A DNA stretch of 63,418 nt from assembly GCA_934162265.1 (NCBI GenBank), contig CAKPHZ010000004.1, positions 1 to 63,418 on the forward strand. Direction: 5' to 3'. The position numbers and the translations under genes were made by a program. The notes below the pieces were generated by a model. It did not search any database. It was not told where the DNA came from and saw nothing but the letters and a program-made list of their open reading frames with translations. Position 1 is the first letter of the stretch. Each line of letters starts with the position of its first letter. The DNA comes from an uncultured Bacilli bacterium. GTDB lineage: Bacteria; Bacillota_I; Bacilli_A; RF39; UBA660. Shown here one piece after another: positions 28,921 to 39,051 of this stretch.

Positions 28921-30576
28921 TTATTTTTCAAAGTAACTATCCCCAATAAATTCTCTTAATATAGATAATTTAGGAATATCATTACTTGGTACTGGTAAAA
29001 CTAATTTTAAAATTTCTAGTAAACGAATTGCTGTATGATATTCTGGATCTTCTGGTGGTACTGAGTATAATAAAGGTTCTACATAAGTTTTTAAAACACT
29101 TAATTCGTAAACTAAGAATGTATTAAAGATAACATTTGCTTCATCTTGGTAAGGAAAAACATATTTTTCTTCACCTTTTCTAACATCTTGCCAAGAAGAT
29201 AGTGTCTTTGATGGGCTATGCCCTCTTGTTCGGTAGTCTCTTACCATTCTACGAAGTAATCTAATATCTGTTAAGCTAATACGATTATCATTATCAATAT
29301 TTAAATAAATTAATGGACTAATATAGATTTTATATTTATTTTTCTTAGGGATTTCTTTACTTATCTCTTCATTTAGTGCGTGCAAGCCTTCTACAATTAG
29401 AATATCATTTTCAGATAATTTTAATGGGCGATTGAATTCTTTTTTGCCTGTGATAAAATTATATGTTGGTGTTACTACAGATACTCCTTTTAAAAGTTTT
29501 TCCATTTGATTATTAAATAGTTTAGTATCTATTGCTTTTATTCCTTCATAATCTGGTTTCCCATTTTCATCTAAAGGTGTTTTTTCTCTTTCTTGGAAAT
29601 AATCATCTAAAGATAAATGATGAGGACTTAGACCTAATGTTCTTAAATATAATGCAAGTTTTTTTGCTGTAGTGGTTTTTCCTGATGAAGATGGACCTGA
29701 TAATAAAACTACTTTTATATTTTCTTTACTAGAAGCAATTTCATTGGCAATAGATAAAAGTTTATAATCTTGTAAAATTTCTGCTAAGTTGATGATTTCG
29801 CCTGCTCCTCTTTCAATAATTGCTTCATTTAATTCTCCAATATTATTAATATTTAATAAATTTCCCCATTTTGCATATTCTTCTAGACTGTTTACATACT
29901 TTTCATGATAAGTAAATTTTGTTATTTTTCCATTTGTATGAGTAAAGGGAAATCTAAGAACAATGCCTTTATCTTCTAATAAAGTTAAATCAAACTTCTT
30001 TAAAATACTAGCATCATTTGGTAAATCTCCAATAATATAATTATAAATACCATCAAATTTATATAATTTTACAAAATTAGAAATGGTATAAGATAAAGTT
30101 TTTACTTTGTCTTCTCTTTTTAATTTCTTAAAATACTCTATTGCTTCTATTCTTGAAGTTTCTAATTGTTCAAATGGAAGAGCTGCTTTTACTTTAGAAT
30201 ACATTAATTCTTTTATTTTTTCTACATCTTCATCTGTTATTTTTTTATCAATTTCACAATAAATTCCCTTATCTATTGGATGTCTTATTTTGATTTTTGT
30301 ATCTTTTCCTAAAACTCTTAACGTGCAAGTTTCAAATAAGAAAATAAGACCTCTTTCATAAATTTTATTTCCTTGGGGAGTAGTAATATCATATAATTCT
30401 AATGTTCCACTTTTCATAATTGCATCATCATAGCCAATTAGTTGATTTTTAAATTTAGCACTGATGATATCGAAAGGATAGTTTTGCTTTATATCTTCAA
30501 TAATTTCTTTTAACTTAACACCTTTTTTATATTCTTTTTTATCTCCGTTTGAGAAAGTTATGATTATATTATCCAT
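28921..30576 (-). CDS. nucleoside kinase of the uridine kinase/phosphoribulokinase family with an N-terminal TGS/ThrRS-like extension
   Basis: P-loop LLSGPSSSGKTTTAKKLALYL and the kinase core ...ILIVEGLHALN...ISLTDIRLLRRMVRDYRTRG, with an N-terminal ubiquitin-like TGS-type start (IIITFSNGDKKEY). Confidence 0.7.
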   Translation of the reverse strand: MDNIIITFSNGDKKEYKKGVKLKEIIEDIKQNYPFDIISAKFKNQLIGYDDAIMKSGTLELYDITTPQGNKIYERGLIFLFETCTLRVLGKDTKIKIRHPIDKGIYCEIDKKITDEDVEKIKELMYSKVKAALPFEQLETSRIEAIEYFKKLKREDKVKTLSYTISNFVKLYKFDGIYNYIIGDLPNDASILKKFDLTLLEDKGIVLRFPFTHTNGKITKFTYHEKYVNSLEEYAKWGNLLNINNIGELNEAIIERGAGEIINLAEILQDYKLLSIANEIASSKENIKVVLLSGPSSSGKTTTAKKLALYLRTLGLSPHHLSLDDYFQEREKTPLDENGKPDYEGIKAIDTKLFNNQMEKLLKGVSVVTPTYNFITGKKEFNRPLKLSENDILIVEGLHALNEEISKEIPKKNKYKIYISPLIYLNIDNDNRISLTDIRLLRRMVRDYRTRGHSPSKTLSSWQDVRKGEEKYVFPYQDEANVIFNTFLVYELSVLKTYVEPLLYSVPPEDPEYHTAIRLLEILKLVLPVPSNDIPKLSILREFIGDSYFEK

Positions 30577-30710
30577 ATTCTTATCACCGTTTTCCTTTTT
30601 ATTCTTTTACTATTAGTCTATTTTTATTATACAATACTTATGTGGATTTTGTCAAAAAAAAATCTGAATAAAATCATGATTAACAGATTAAACTATTTAT
30701 AGGTGATAAT

Positions 30711-31289
30711 ATGAATTTAGTTCCAACAGTTATTGAAAAGTCTAATTACGGAGAGAGAGCTTATGATATTTATTCTAGACTTCTTAAAGATAGAATTATT
30801 ATTTTAAGTGGAGAAATTAATGATGTAATGTCTAATAGTATTGTTGCACAACTTTTGTATTTAGATGGAATTAATCATGATGATATTAGTATTTATATTA
30901 ATTCTCCTGGTGGATCGATTACAGCTGGGATGGCAATTTATGATACGATGAATTTTGTTACAAGTAATGTTAGTACAATATGCATCGGCATGGCTGCTTC
31001 AATGGCTGCATTTCTTTTGTCTAGTGGGGAAAAGGGAAAGAGGTATTGTTTAGAAAATGCTGAGGTAATGATTCACCAGCCATTAGGCGGAGCTCAAGGT
31101 CAAGCAACGGAAATTAAGATTGCAGCAGAAAGAATACTGAAATTAAAAAAGAGATTAAATAAAATTCTTTCTGAAAATACTGGTAAAAGTTTACGTAAAG
31201 TAGAAAAAGATACAGAGAGAGATTACTTTATGGAAAGTAATGAAGCCTTAAAATATGGAATTATTGATAAAATATTAAAGAAAAGGTGA
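30711..31289 (+). CDS. clpP: ATP-dependent Clp protease proteolytic subunit
   Basis: [16 protein letters not shown], active-site Ser in [11 protein letters not shown] and His in MIHQPLGG. 192 aa. Confidence 0.93.
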   Translation: MNLVPTVIEKSNYGERAYDIYSRLLKDRIIILSGEINDVMSNSIVAQLLYLDGINHDDISIYINSPGGSITAGMAIYDTMNFVTSNVSTICIGMAASMAAFLLSSGEKGKRYCLENAEVMIHQPLGGAQGQATEIKIAAERILKLKKRLNKILSENTGKSLRKVEKDTERDYFMESNEALKYGIIDKILKKR

Positions 31290-31313
31290 TTTTCCTTTTC
31301 TTTTGTTATGATT

Positions 31314-32903
31314 TTATAAATTTTGATAGGTAGAAATGATGGATTCGGCTACTTTTAGTCCATCCATTGCTGAGGTGGTTATTCCACCAGCATATCCTGC
31401 ACCTTCTCCACAAGGATAAATTCCTTTTATTGATGACTCTAAATTTTCATTTCTAGGAATTCTAATAGGAGATGAAGTTCTACTTTCCACACCTGCTAAA
31501 ATCGCATTATCATCATTAAATCCTTGAATTTTTTGTTCAAAATTAGGAAGCGCTTCTTTGATAGAATCCGTGATATACCTTGGAAATAATTTATTTAAAT
31601 CGGCTAATTGATATTCTCCTTTAAAGATTGGTTTGATGTTTCCTAATTTTTGATTTTCCACAGAATTGTGGAAATCTTTTATTGTTTGAATTGGAATTTT
31701 ACCGTTTCCTAAAGTATAAGCTTTTTCTTCTAGACTTCTTTGAAACGCCAGACCATCTAGTGGATTACTTCCATAATCCTTTGGAGAGACGGTTACAACA
31801 ATAGCACTATTGGCATTTTGGCTATTTCTATCATGATAACTCATGCCATTAATGGCTAATCTTCTTTCTTCAGATGAGGCATTTACTACATATCCTCCTG
31901 GACACATACAAAATGAATATACTCCTCTTCCATCTTTTGTTTGATAAGTTAGTTTATAACTTGCTGGTGGAAGAAGTTTGCTATTTTTTCCATATTGATT
32001 AATATTAATTAACTCTTGAGAATGTTGTATTCTAAGTCCTATAGCAAATGGTTTTGGTTCTAAAGAAAATGCTTTTTTATCTAGCATTTCAAAGGTATCT
32101 CTAGCGCTGTGACCAATGGCTAAAACTAAAATATCGGTTTCTATTATTTCTTTATGATTAATTTCAATAGAAGTCATTTTATTTTCTTTCGTGTTAATAT
32201 TGGTAAGTGTTGTTTTATAGCGAAATTCTCCCCCAAAGTCAATTATTTTTTTTCTTAAGTTAATGATGACTTTTCTTAAAACATCTGTTCCAATATGAGG
32301 ATTATTGGTATATAAAATATCTTTATCAGCACCTGATTCAACAAATATTTCAAAAACTTTTTTCATTCGAAAACTTTTATCTTTTACTAAAGTATTTAAT
32401 TTTCCATCAGAAAAAGTTCCTGCTCCACCTTCTCCAAATTGGACATTTGAGTTTTTATTTAGCACTCCTGTTTTCCAAAAATTTTCAACAGACTTAACTC
32501 GTTCTTCTATCTTTTCTCCTCTTTCAATAATAATTGGACGGTAACCTAATTCTGCTAAAAGATAAGCACAAAACAGTCCTGCAGGACCGCTGCCTACAAT
32601 GATAGGTCGATGTTTCAATTTTTTGTTTCCTATTTTTGGATAAACATATTTTTCTTCAGGAGTTAAAAATATATCTTTATTTGATTGATGTTTCTTTAAT
32701 AAATGTTCTTCATTTTTTACGTCAACATCTATTTCATAGATGTAAAATATATTTGGCTTTTTTCTGGCATCTAATGATTTTTTTGAGATAGATATTTTTT
32801 GGATATCAGACTCTGGACATTTTAGAATGGTGGAGACTTTTTTCTTTAAGTGGTTAATGTTATCTTTTTCTATGGGAATTTTAATTTGTCTTATTCTAAT
32901 CAT
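31314..32903 (-). CDS. FAD-dependent protein (COG2509-type NAD(P)/FAD oxidoreductase)
   Basis: Dinucleotide fold IIVGSGPAGLFCAYLLAELGYRPIIIERG and C-terminal GIYPCGEGAGYAGGI. It overlaps the upstream flavoprotein gene by 8 nt. Confidence 0.75.
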   Translation of the reverse strand: MIRIRQIKIPIEKDNINHLKKKVSTILKCPESDIQKISISKKSLDARKKPNIFYIYEIDVDVKNEEHLLKKHQSNKDIFLTPEEKYVYPKIGNKKLKHRPIIVGSGPAGLFCAYLLAELGYRPIIIERGEKIEERVKSVENFWKTGVLNKNSNVQFGEGGAGTFSDGKLNTLVKDKSFRMKKVFEIFVESGADKDILYTNNPHIGTDVLRKVIINLRKKIIDFGGEFRYKTTLTNINTKENKMTSIEINHKEIIETDILVLAIGHSARDTFEMLDKKAFSLEPKPFAIGLRIQHSQELININQYGKNSKLLPPASYKLTYQTKDGRGVYSFCMCPGGYVVNASSEERRLAINGMSYHDRNSQNANSAIVVTVSPKDYGSNPLDGLAFQRSLEEKAYTLGNGKIPIQTIKDFHNSVENQKLGNIKPIFKGEYQLADLNKLFPRYITDSIKEALPNFEQKIQGFNDDNAILAGVESRTSSPIRIPRNENLESSIKGIYPCGEGAGYAGGITTSAMDGLKVAESIISTYQNL

Positions 32904-34134
32904 TGTCTTCTCCTCTTATATTTGAACCTACAATAATTCCTGATATCCAAGCAAACCCTAAGTTATAGCCACCACAGTCTCCATCCACATCTAATAGTTC
33001 TCCTGTTAGATATAATCCTTTTGTTTTGGTAGATTCTAATGTATTTGGATTAATTTCTGTTAAGGGGATACCTCCCGTTGTAACTTGAGCATGGTCGAAA
33101 GAATTCGTTCCTGTAATGGTAAGTGTAAAATTAGTGAGATTATCTCCTAATAAGTATTTTTTGTCATTAGATAGATGGCTCCAACTGTCCTCTCTTTTTA
33201 TTTTGGAATGTTTTAAAATTAAGTTTACTAATTTATAATTTAAGATGCCATCTAGTAAATCGGCAATATTTCTATTTTTCACGGTTTTATTTCTTTCTTC
33301 CATAAATTCAAGAAAAGAATTTTTATCATGGATATTTAATTGGTGAAGGAAATTTATTTTTACTTCTGTTTTTTTGTTTTGTGATAGGGATAAAGCGGCT
33401 CTTCCACTTAAGCATAGGGTACAAATTCCACTGATTCCATAATCTGTTAATTGAATTTCTCCTACTTTTGTATCAATATATTTGTTGTTTTCAAATAAAG
33501 AAATTTTTACATCTGCTCGAATTCCATGCCATTCTTTTAAAAAAGGAGCATCTGCTTTTAATTGAACTAAAGCTGGTAATGGGGGAATTATACTATGGTT
33601 TAAGGACTTTGCGATATCATATCCACTTCCTGTTGATCCAGTTTTGGGTGCTGCTTTAGAACCGGTTGCTAAAATAATTTTTTTACTTTTGAATATGCCA
33701 TTATTAGTGTTGATTTTAAAAATATGATTTTCTTTTTTGATAGAAATTACTTCTGTATTGGTTAGAATTTCTACATGATTAATCTGTGCTTCTTTGATAA
33801 GGGCTGTTTGAATACTTACCGCTTGATTAGATGTTGGATAAAAGTATCCATCTTTTATTCTGGGTATGATTCCTATAGAATTAAAGAAAGATAATACTTC
33901 TTTAGAATAATCTTTTTGTAAGATTTTTTCTAATATTTCTTTATTTCTTGTATGATAGTGATTAATTGATTGATCACTATTCCAATAGTTGCATCTTCCG
34001 TTTCCTGTGATTAGTATTTTTTTACCACAAGTATTATTTTTTTCAAGTAAGCATACATTTAGTCCTGCTTTATCAGCATAAATTGCCGATACTAATCCAG
34101 AAGCACCCCCGCCTATTACAATAACATCTTTCAT
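32896..34134 (-). CDS. HI0933/BaiN-like flavoprotein (aminoacetone-oxidase-family FAD enzyme)
   Basis: VIVIGGGASGLVSAIYADKAG, CGKKILITGNGRCNYWN and C-terminal LYLTGELLDVDGDCGGYNL. Confidence 0.8.
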   Translation of the reverse strand: MKDVIVIGGGASGLVSAIYADKAGLNVCLLEKNNTCGKKILITGNGRCNYWNSDQSINHYHTRNKEILEKILQKDYSKEVLSFFNSIGIIPRIKDGYFYPTSNQAVSIQTALIKEAQINHVEILTNTEVISIKKENHIFKINTNNGIFKSKKIILATGSKAAPKTGSTGSGYDIAKSLNHSIIPPLPALVQLKADAPFLKEWHGIRADVKISLFENNKYIDTKVGEIQLTDYGISGICTLCLSGRAALSLSQNKKTEVKINFLHQLNIHDKNSFLEFMEERNKTVKNRNIADLLDGILNYKLVNLILKHSKIKREDSWSHLSNDKKYLLGDNLTNFTLTITGTNSFDHAQVTTGGIPLTEINPNTLESTKTKGLYLTGELLDVDGDCGGYNLGFAWISGIIVGSNIRGEDND

Positions 34135-34206
34135 TTTATCACTTCCCTTGATTGCTATTATATCATGAATTTTATAATGATTAAAAATATTATCGATTGT
34201 TTTTTC

Positions 34207-34470
34207 TTACTTCTTGTTACTTTTTACTTTCTTTTTTGTAATAGATAAAGCCTGATCATAATAGACAATATTCCCTTTTTCTTCACCTGAAAGAAGTCTA
34301 AAAAGTTCCTTTTCTGTAATTTGTAAATTTTCTGTAATTTCAAGTAATAAGCTATAATCTTTTTGAATTGCAGAAATAATTTCTTTTGAATATTCTAGAA
34401 TTGTCTTTTCTAATAATCTTTTTCCTTCGGCATTTTTTAATTTTCTTTTAATATTAATTTCTTCTTTCAT
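34207..34470 (-). CDS. small putative HTH protein, antitoxin-like partner of 34467..35246
   Basis: 87 aa. Its ATG overlaps the upstream stop (ATGA). The helical segment ITEKELFRLLSGEEKGNIVYYDQALSI is compatible with a short HTH. Weak call. Confidence 0.35.
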   Translation of the reverse strand: MKEEINIKRKLKNAEGKRLLEKTILEYSKEIISAIQKDYSLLLEITENLQITEKELFRLLSGEEKGNIVYYDQALSITKKKVKSNKK

Positions 34471-35246
34471 TTCCGACCTCTTTTATTTTTGTTCAAGTAT
34501 TCTATTAAGTTATTTTCTATTTCTTGATTTTTTTCAATCAATTCTGTTTTTTTCTTTTCATCTTTGATTAATTCTTTTAATTTTTGAAATTCTGCTCCCA
34601 CTTTACTATTTCTGTTAATTAAGTCTCCCCTATCTTGGCTAGAGTTATCTGATTTTTTTGTTTTTGCTAAAATAATAAAAGTTAAATTTGAATCTAAATT
34701 CAGGTATCCTACTCTAATTTTAAATTTTTTAATTTCATGAAGGCCTTTTAATCTAGCATTATTTTTTAAACTTTTCCCTTTTACTTCATTACTTTCTATA
34801 AAACCATTTTTTAATGACTCCAAACATTCAATAATTTCTACATAATATTCTTCTGGAATATCTTTTAGATCTTCTTCTAAATATACCTTTCCTCTACCAG
34901 TTGTGGCAAAAATTAAATTTTTGGGACTACCTTTTTCTGCTATTTCTTCCTCTTGTTCTTCTTTCCTTGCCTCTTTAATTAATTTTGCACATAAACTCTT
35001 TTTGAAGTTATTTAATTCTAATTCTTCTTTCAAGTATTCTAACATTTCTTTATCTTGATTATCTATCTTATTTAACTCTTTAATTAATTCCTTTTCCACA
35101 AGTGATAATTTTTCTATTAATCCATACATGATTTGAAAAAATGAAGTAAATTCTGGTTGAGGAAGAGCACTTTTTATATCTTCTTCATCTTGTAAAAATT
35201 GAATTGCTTCATAATATTGATTTCTTAAAATTTCTATTGCTTCCAT
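34467..35246 (-). CDS. protein with a C-terminal RelE/HigB/Gp49-like toxin-fold motif and a roughly 110-aa helical N-terminal extension
   Basis: The C-terminal segment KSLKNNARLKGLHEIKKFKIRVGYLNLDSNLTFIILAKTKKSDN follows the Gp49/HigB pattern L.G...L.E.K....R..Y......I.L....KK. Confidence 0.4.
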   Translation of the reverse strand: MEAIEILRNQYYEAIQFLQDEEDIKSALPQPEFTSFFQIMYGLIEKLSLVEKELIKELNKIDNQDKEMLEYLKEELELNNFKKSLCAKLIKEARKEEQEEEIAEKGSPKNLIFATTGRGKVYLEEDLKDIPEEYYVEIIECLESLKNGFIESNEVKGKSLKNNARLKGLHEIKKFKIRVGYLNLDSNLTFIILAKTKKSDNSSQDRGDLINRNSKVGAEFQKLKELIKDEKKKTELIEKNQEIENNLIEYLNKNKRGRK

Positions 35247-35396
35247 ATTCTCTCCTACTTTACATAAGAATATTTTATCATAGATATTTAGAAATACTAT
35301 TGTTTTTTGCTTTAATTGACATTAATTCTAAAGGAATTGTCATTTTTTTAGAGAAAATACTTACTTAGAAGTTAGTTTTGTATCAGTACTTTTGGC

Positions 35397-35424
35397 AAAA
35401 AGAAAAAGAGTAACCAAGTTACTC
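35397..35424 (-). terminator. intrinsic terminator of rpoC
   Basis: Minus-strand GAGTAAC-TTG-GTTACTC followed by TTTTTCTTTTT. The stem includes the rpoC stop codon. Confidence 0.65.
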
Positions 35425-38400
35425 CATAAATTCTTCTTCTAGAACTTCTGATGGTTCTTCATCATAAAATTCTTTTTCTAAGGTATAACCAATATCCATA
35501 TATTCTTTGGCACCTGTTCCTGCTGGGATTAATTTACCAATGATAACATTTTCTTTTAATCCATGTAACTTATCTGTACTTCCTTTTACAGCTGCTTCTG
35601 TTAAGATTCTTGTTGTTTCTTGGAAGGATGCTGATGATAAGAATGAATCAGTTTGTAATGCGGCCTTGGTAATTCCAAGTAAGATTGGTTGACCAATGGC
35701 TGGTTTTTTACCTTGAATAATAACATCTCTGTTTCCTTTGGTAAAGTCTGATAGTGATACTACAGTACTAGGTACAAAGTTAGTATCTCCAGCATCCATT
35801 ACACGGATTAGAGAAATCATTCTTTTAGCAATTAACTCAACGTGTTTATCATTAATATCAACACCTTGTGATCTATATACTTTCTGTACTTCTTTTAAGA
35901 TATATTGTTGTACAGTATTCGGATCAGTTACTGCTAATAATTCTTTTGGAGAGACACTTCCTTCTGTTAATTGGTCTCCTGCATTTACTTTGTCGCCTTT
36001 TTCAACTCTAAGTTTTGCACCATACATTGTTAAGTGTTCTCTTACTTCTTTATCGTTCTTAACATAAATCTTGAATCTTCCGTTGACATCTTCAATTTTT
36101 TGGACAGTTCCATCAATTTCAGAGATTGTTGCTTTTCCTTTTGGAATACGTGCTTCAAATAACTCTTCAACACGAGGAAGACCTTGTGTAATATCGGTTC
36201 CAGCAACTCCACCTGTGTGGAATGTTCTCATGGTTAACTGTGTACCTGGTTCACCGATTGATTGTGCTCCCATGATACCTACAGCTTCTCCAATTTCTAC
36301 TAAGTTACCAGTTGCTAAGTTTCTACCATAACATTTTTGACATACGCCATGTGGTGTACGACAAGTTAGAACAGTACGAATCTCAACGGCTTTAATACCT
36401 GCTTTGATAATTTTATCTGCAATTGCTTCTGTAATGTAAGTATCTTTTTCACAGATAACTTCTTTTGTTTCTGGATTAATTACTTTTTTACTTGTAAATC
36501 TTCCTAAGATTCTATCGTACAATGGTTCAATGATACCATCTTTATCATCCATGAATGCTTCTACCAATGAACCTTGTGTTGTTCCACAATCTTCTTCTCT
36601 TACAATCATATCTTGAGCAACATCTACTAGACGTCTAGTCATATATCCAGAGTCCGCTGTTTTTAATGCTGTATCAGCACTACCTTTACGAGCACCATGT
36701 GTTGATAAGAAAAATTCTGATACGGATAATCCATCATTAAATGATGATAGGATAGGAATTTCTACTGGGTCACCATTAGGTTTTGCCATGATACCACGCA
36801 TACCTGCTAATTGAACGAAGTTAGAAATTGATCCACGGGCTTTAGAATTCATCATGATGAAGATTGGGTTATCTTCGTATTCTTTTGCACCTGCATATTC
36901 ACTTAACTCTGTTTCAATATCTTTTTTGGCTTTATTCCATACTTCAATTACTAAATCTAATCTTTCTTTATCCGTAATTAAACCTCTTTGGAATTGTTTA
37001 TTAATTTTCTTAACTTCTTTATTACTTTCTTCTACGATTTTTGCTTTATTTTTACTTGTTACGATATCAGAATAAGCAATAGTAATTCCTGAATAAGTTG
37101 AAAATTTAAATCCTTGGTCTTTTAATTTATCTAGGAAAATTGAAGTTTCAGTTGTACGATAACGTTTAAACATTTGAGCGATAATTTTTTCTAGAGCACC
37201 TTTATTAAAGGCTTTTGCTCTTTTCATATTTTTAATTTCTTCTTTGATATCTTTACCATAATCAATGAAATATCTTGCTGGTGTTACCCCTTCGATATTT
37301 TCAGAAGTTGGTTCATTCAAATATGGGAATGAATCTGGTAGGATTTCATTGAAGATAATTTTTCCTGGAGTGGTTACTAAATATTTGTTTTTATAAGTAT
37401 CTAAGAATACTTTATGTTTAAATGAGTTTACTGGAATAGCAATTCTTGTATGAAGATTGATTTCTCTTCTTTGATATGCCATTAGCGCTTCATTTGTATT
37501 TTTGAATATTCTTCCTTCTCCTGGTTGTTCATCTTTTTCCATTGTAATATAGTAGTTACCTAAAATCATATCCTGTGAAGGTGTTACGATTGGAGAACCA
37601 TCTTTTGGACTTAAGATGTTATTAGCTCCTAGCATTAAGATTCTTGCTTCTGCTTTTGCTTCTTCCGATAATGGTACGTGAACAGCCATCTGGTCTCCGT
37701 CGAAGTCAGCATTAAATCCAGTTGTTACTAATGGGTGCAAACGAATTGCTTTACCTGAAATTAGTTTTGGTTCGAATGCTTGAATACCAAGTCTATGTAG
37801 TGTTGGTGCACGGTTTAACATTACTGGATGTTCTTTAATTACTTCTTCTACAACATCCCAAACTTTTTCATCTTTATTTTCAATCATTTTCTTAGCTGCT
37901 TTGATGTTATTGGCTAATTCTTTATTCACAAGTCCATTAATAACATGTGGTTTGAATAATTCTAGAGCCATATCTTTTGGAATACCACATTGATACATCT
38001 TTAAGTCTGGTCCTACAACGATTACGGAACGTCCAGAATAGTCAACACGTTTTCCTAATAAGTTTTGACGGAAACGTCCTTGTTTTCCTTTTAGCATACT
38101 AGATAGTGATTTTAAAGCTCTGTTTCCAGCACCTGTTACACTTCTACCACGACGTCCGTTATCAAATAAGGCATCTACAGCTTCTTGTAACATACGCTTT
38201 TCATTTTGAATAATGATAGAAGGTGCTCCTAATTCAATTAATTTCTTTAAACGATTATTACGATTAATAACACGACGATATAAATCATTTAAGTCGGAAG
38301 TAGCAAATCTTCCACCATCTAATTGAATCATTGGACGAAGTTCTGGTGGAATAACTGGTAGTGCTTCTAGAATCATCCATTCTGGTTTGTTTCCTGAGGT

Positions 38401-39051
38401 TGCAAAAGCATTTAAGACATCTAGTCTTTTTACAAGACGAATTCTTCTTTGTCCTGTTGCATTTTCTAATTCTTTTTGTAATTCTTCTAATTCTTTATTG
38501 ATATCTACTTCACTTAATAGTTGCTTGATTGCTGCTGCTCCCATTCCTACTTTGAAAGTATTTCCATACTTTTCATAGTAAACACGGTATTCTTTATCGG
38601 ATAGAGTTTGTTTCTTTACTAAAGTTGTTGCTCCTGGGTCCAAAACAACATAAGATACGAAATAAATAACTTCTTCCAAATCTCTTGGAGACATATCAAG
38701 AGTAAGTCCGATGTAAGAAGGGATACCTTTTACATACCAAATGTGACTTACTGGAGTTGCTAATTCGATGTGTCCCATTCTTTCACGTCTTACTTTTGAT
38801 TTTGTTACTTCTACACCACATCTATCACAGATGATTCCTTTGTATCTTAATCTTTTGTATTTTCCACAATTACATTCATAGTCCCTTGTTGGTCCAAATA
38901 TTTTTTCGCAGAATAGTCCATCTCTTTCTGGTTTTAGTGTTCTATAATTGATCGTTTCTGGTTTTTTTACTTCTCCATAAGACCAATCACGGATGGTTTC
39001 AGGAGAGGCTATTCCAATTTTTAAAGCTTTAAAATTATTTGCTTCTACCAT
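35419..39051 (-). CDS. rpoC: DNA-directed RNA polymerase subunit beta'
   Basis: Zn finger [23 protein letters not shown] and catalytic [14 protein letters not shown]. 1210 aa. Its start overlaps the rpoB stop (TAATG). Confidence 0.97.
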   Translation of the reverse strand: MVEANNFKALKIGIASPETIRDWSYGEVKKPETINYRTLKPERDGLFCEKIFGPTRDYECNCGKYKRLRYKGIICDRCGVEVTKSKVRRERMGHIELATPVSHIWYVKGIPSYIGLTLDMSPRDLEEVIYFVSYVVLDPGATTLVKKQTLSDKEYRVYYEKYGNTFKVGMGAAAIKQLLSEVDINKELEELQKELENATGQRRIRLVKRLDVLNAFATSGNKPEWMILEALPVIPPELRPMIQLDGGRFATSDLNDLYRRVINRNNRLKKLIELGAPSIIIQNEKRMLQEAVDALFDNGRRGRSVTGAGNRALKSLSSMLKGKQGRFRQNLLGKRVDYSGRSVIVVGPDLKMYQCGIPKDMALELFKPHVINGLVNKELANNIKAAKKMIENKDEKVWDVVEEVIKEHPVMLNRAPTLHRLGIQAFEPKLISGKAIRLHPLVTTGFNADFDGDQMAVHVPLSEEAKAEARILMLGANNILSPKDGSPIVTPSQDMILGNYYITMEKDEQPGEGRIFKNTNEALMAYQRREINLHTRIAIPVNSFKHKVFLDTYKNKYLVTTPGKIIFNEILPDSFPYLNEPTSENIEGVTPARYFIDYGKDIKEEIKNMKRAKAFNKGALEKIIAQMFKRYRTTETSIFLDKLKDQGFKFSTYSGITIAYSDIVTSKNKAKIVEESNKEVKKINKQFQRGLITDKERLDLVIEVWNKAKKDIETELSEYAGAKEYEDNPIFIMMNSKARGSISNFVQLAGMRGIMAKPNGDPVEIPILSSFNDGLSVSEFFLSTHGARKGSADTALKTADSGYMTRRLVDVAQDMIVREEDCGTTQGSLVEAFMDDKDGIIEPLYDRILGRFTSKKVINPETKEVICEKDTYITEAIADKIIKAGIKAVEIRTVLTCRTPHGVCQKCYGRNLATGNLVEIGEAVGIMGAQSIGEPGTQLTMRTFHTGGVAGTDITQGLPRVEELFEARIPKGKATISEIDGTVQKIEDVNGRFKIYVKNDKEVREHLTMYGAKLRVEKGDKVNAGDQLTEGSVSPKELLAVTDPNTVQQYILKEVQKVYRSQGVDINDKHVELIAKRMISLIRVMDAGDTNFVPSTVVSLSDFTKGNRDVIIQGKKPAIGQPILLGITKAALQTDSFLSSASFQETTRILTEAAVKGSTDKLHGLKENVIIGKLIPAGTGAKEYMDIGYTLEKEFYDEEPSEVLEEEFME

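Noticed and set aside
30577-30710. Looked for a CtsR operator (tandem GGTCAAA heptads) upstream of clpP
   Set aside because: Only one partial heptad (TGTCAAA) is present, with no tandem repeat.
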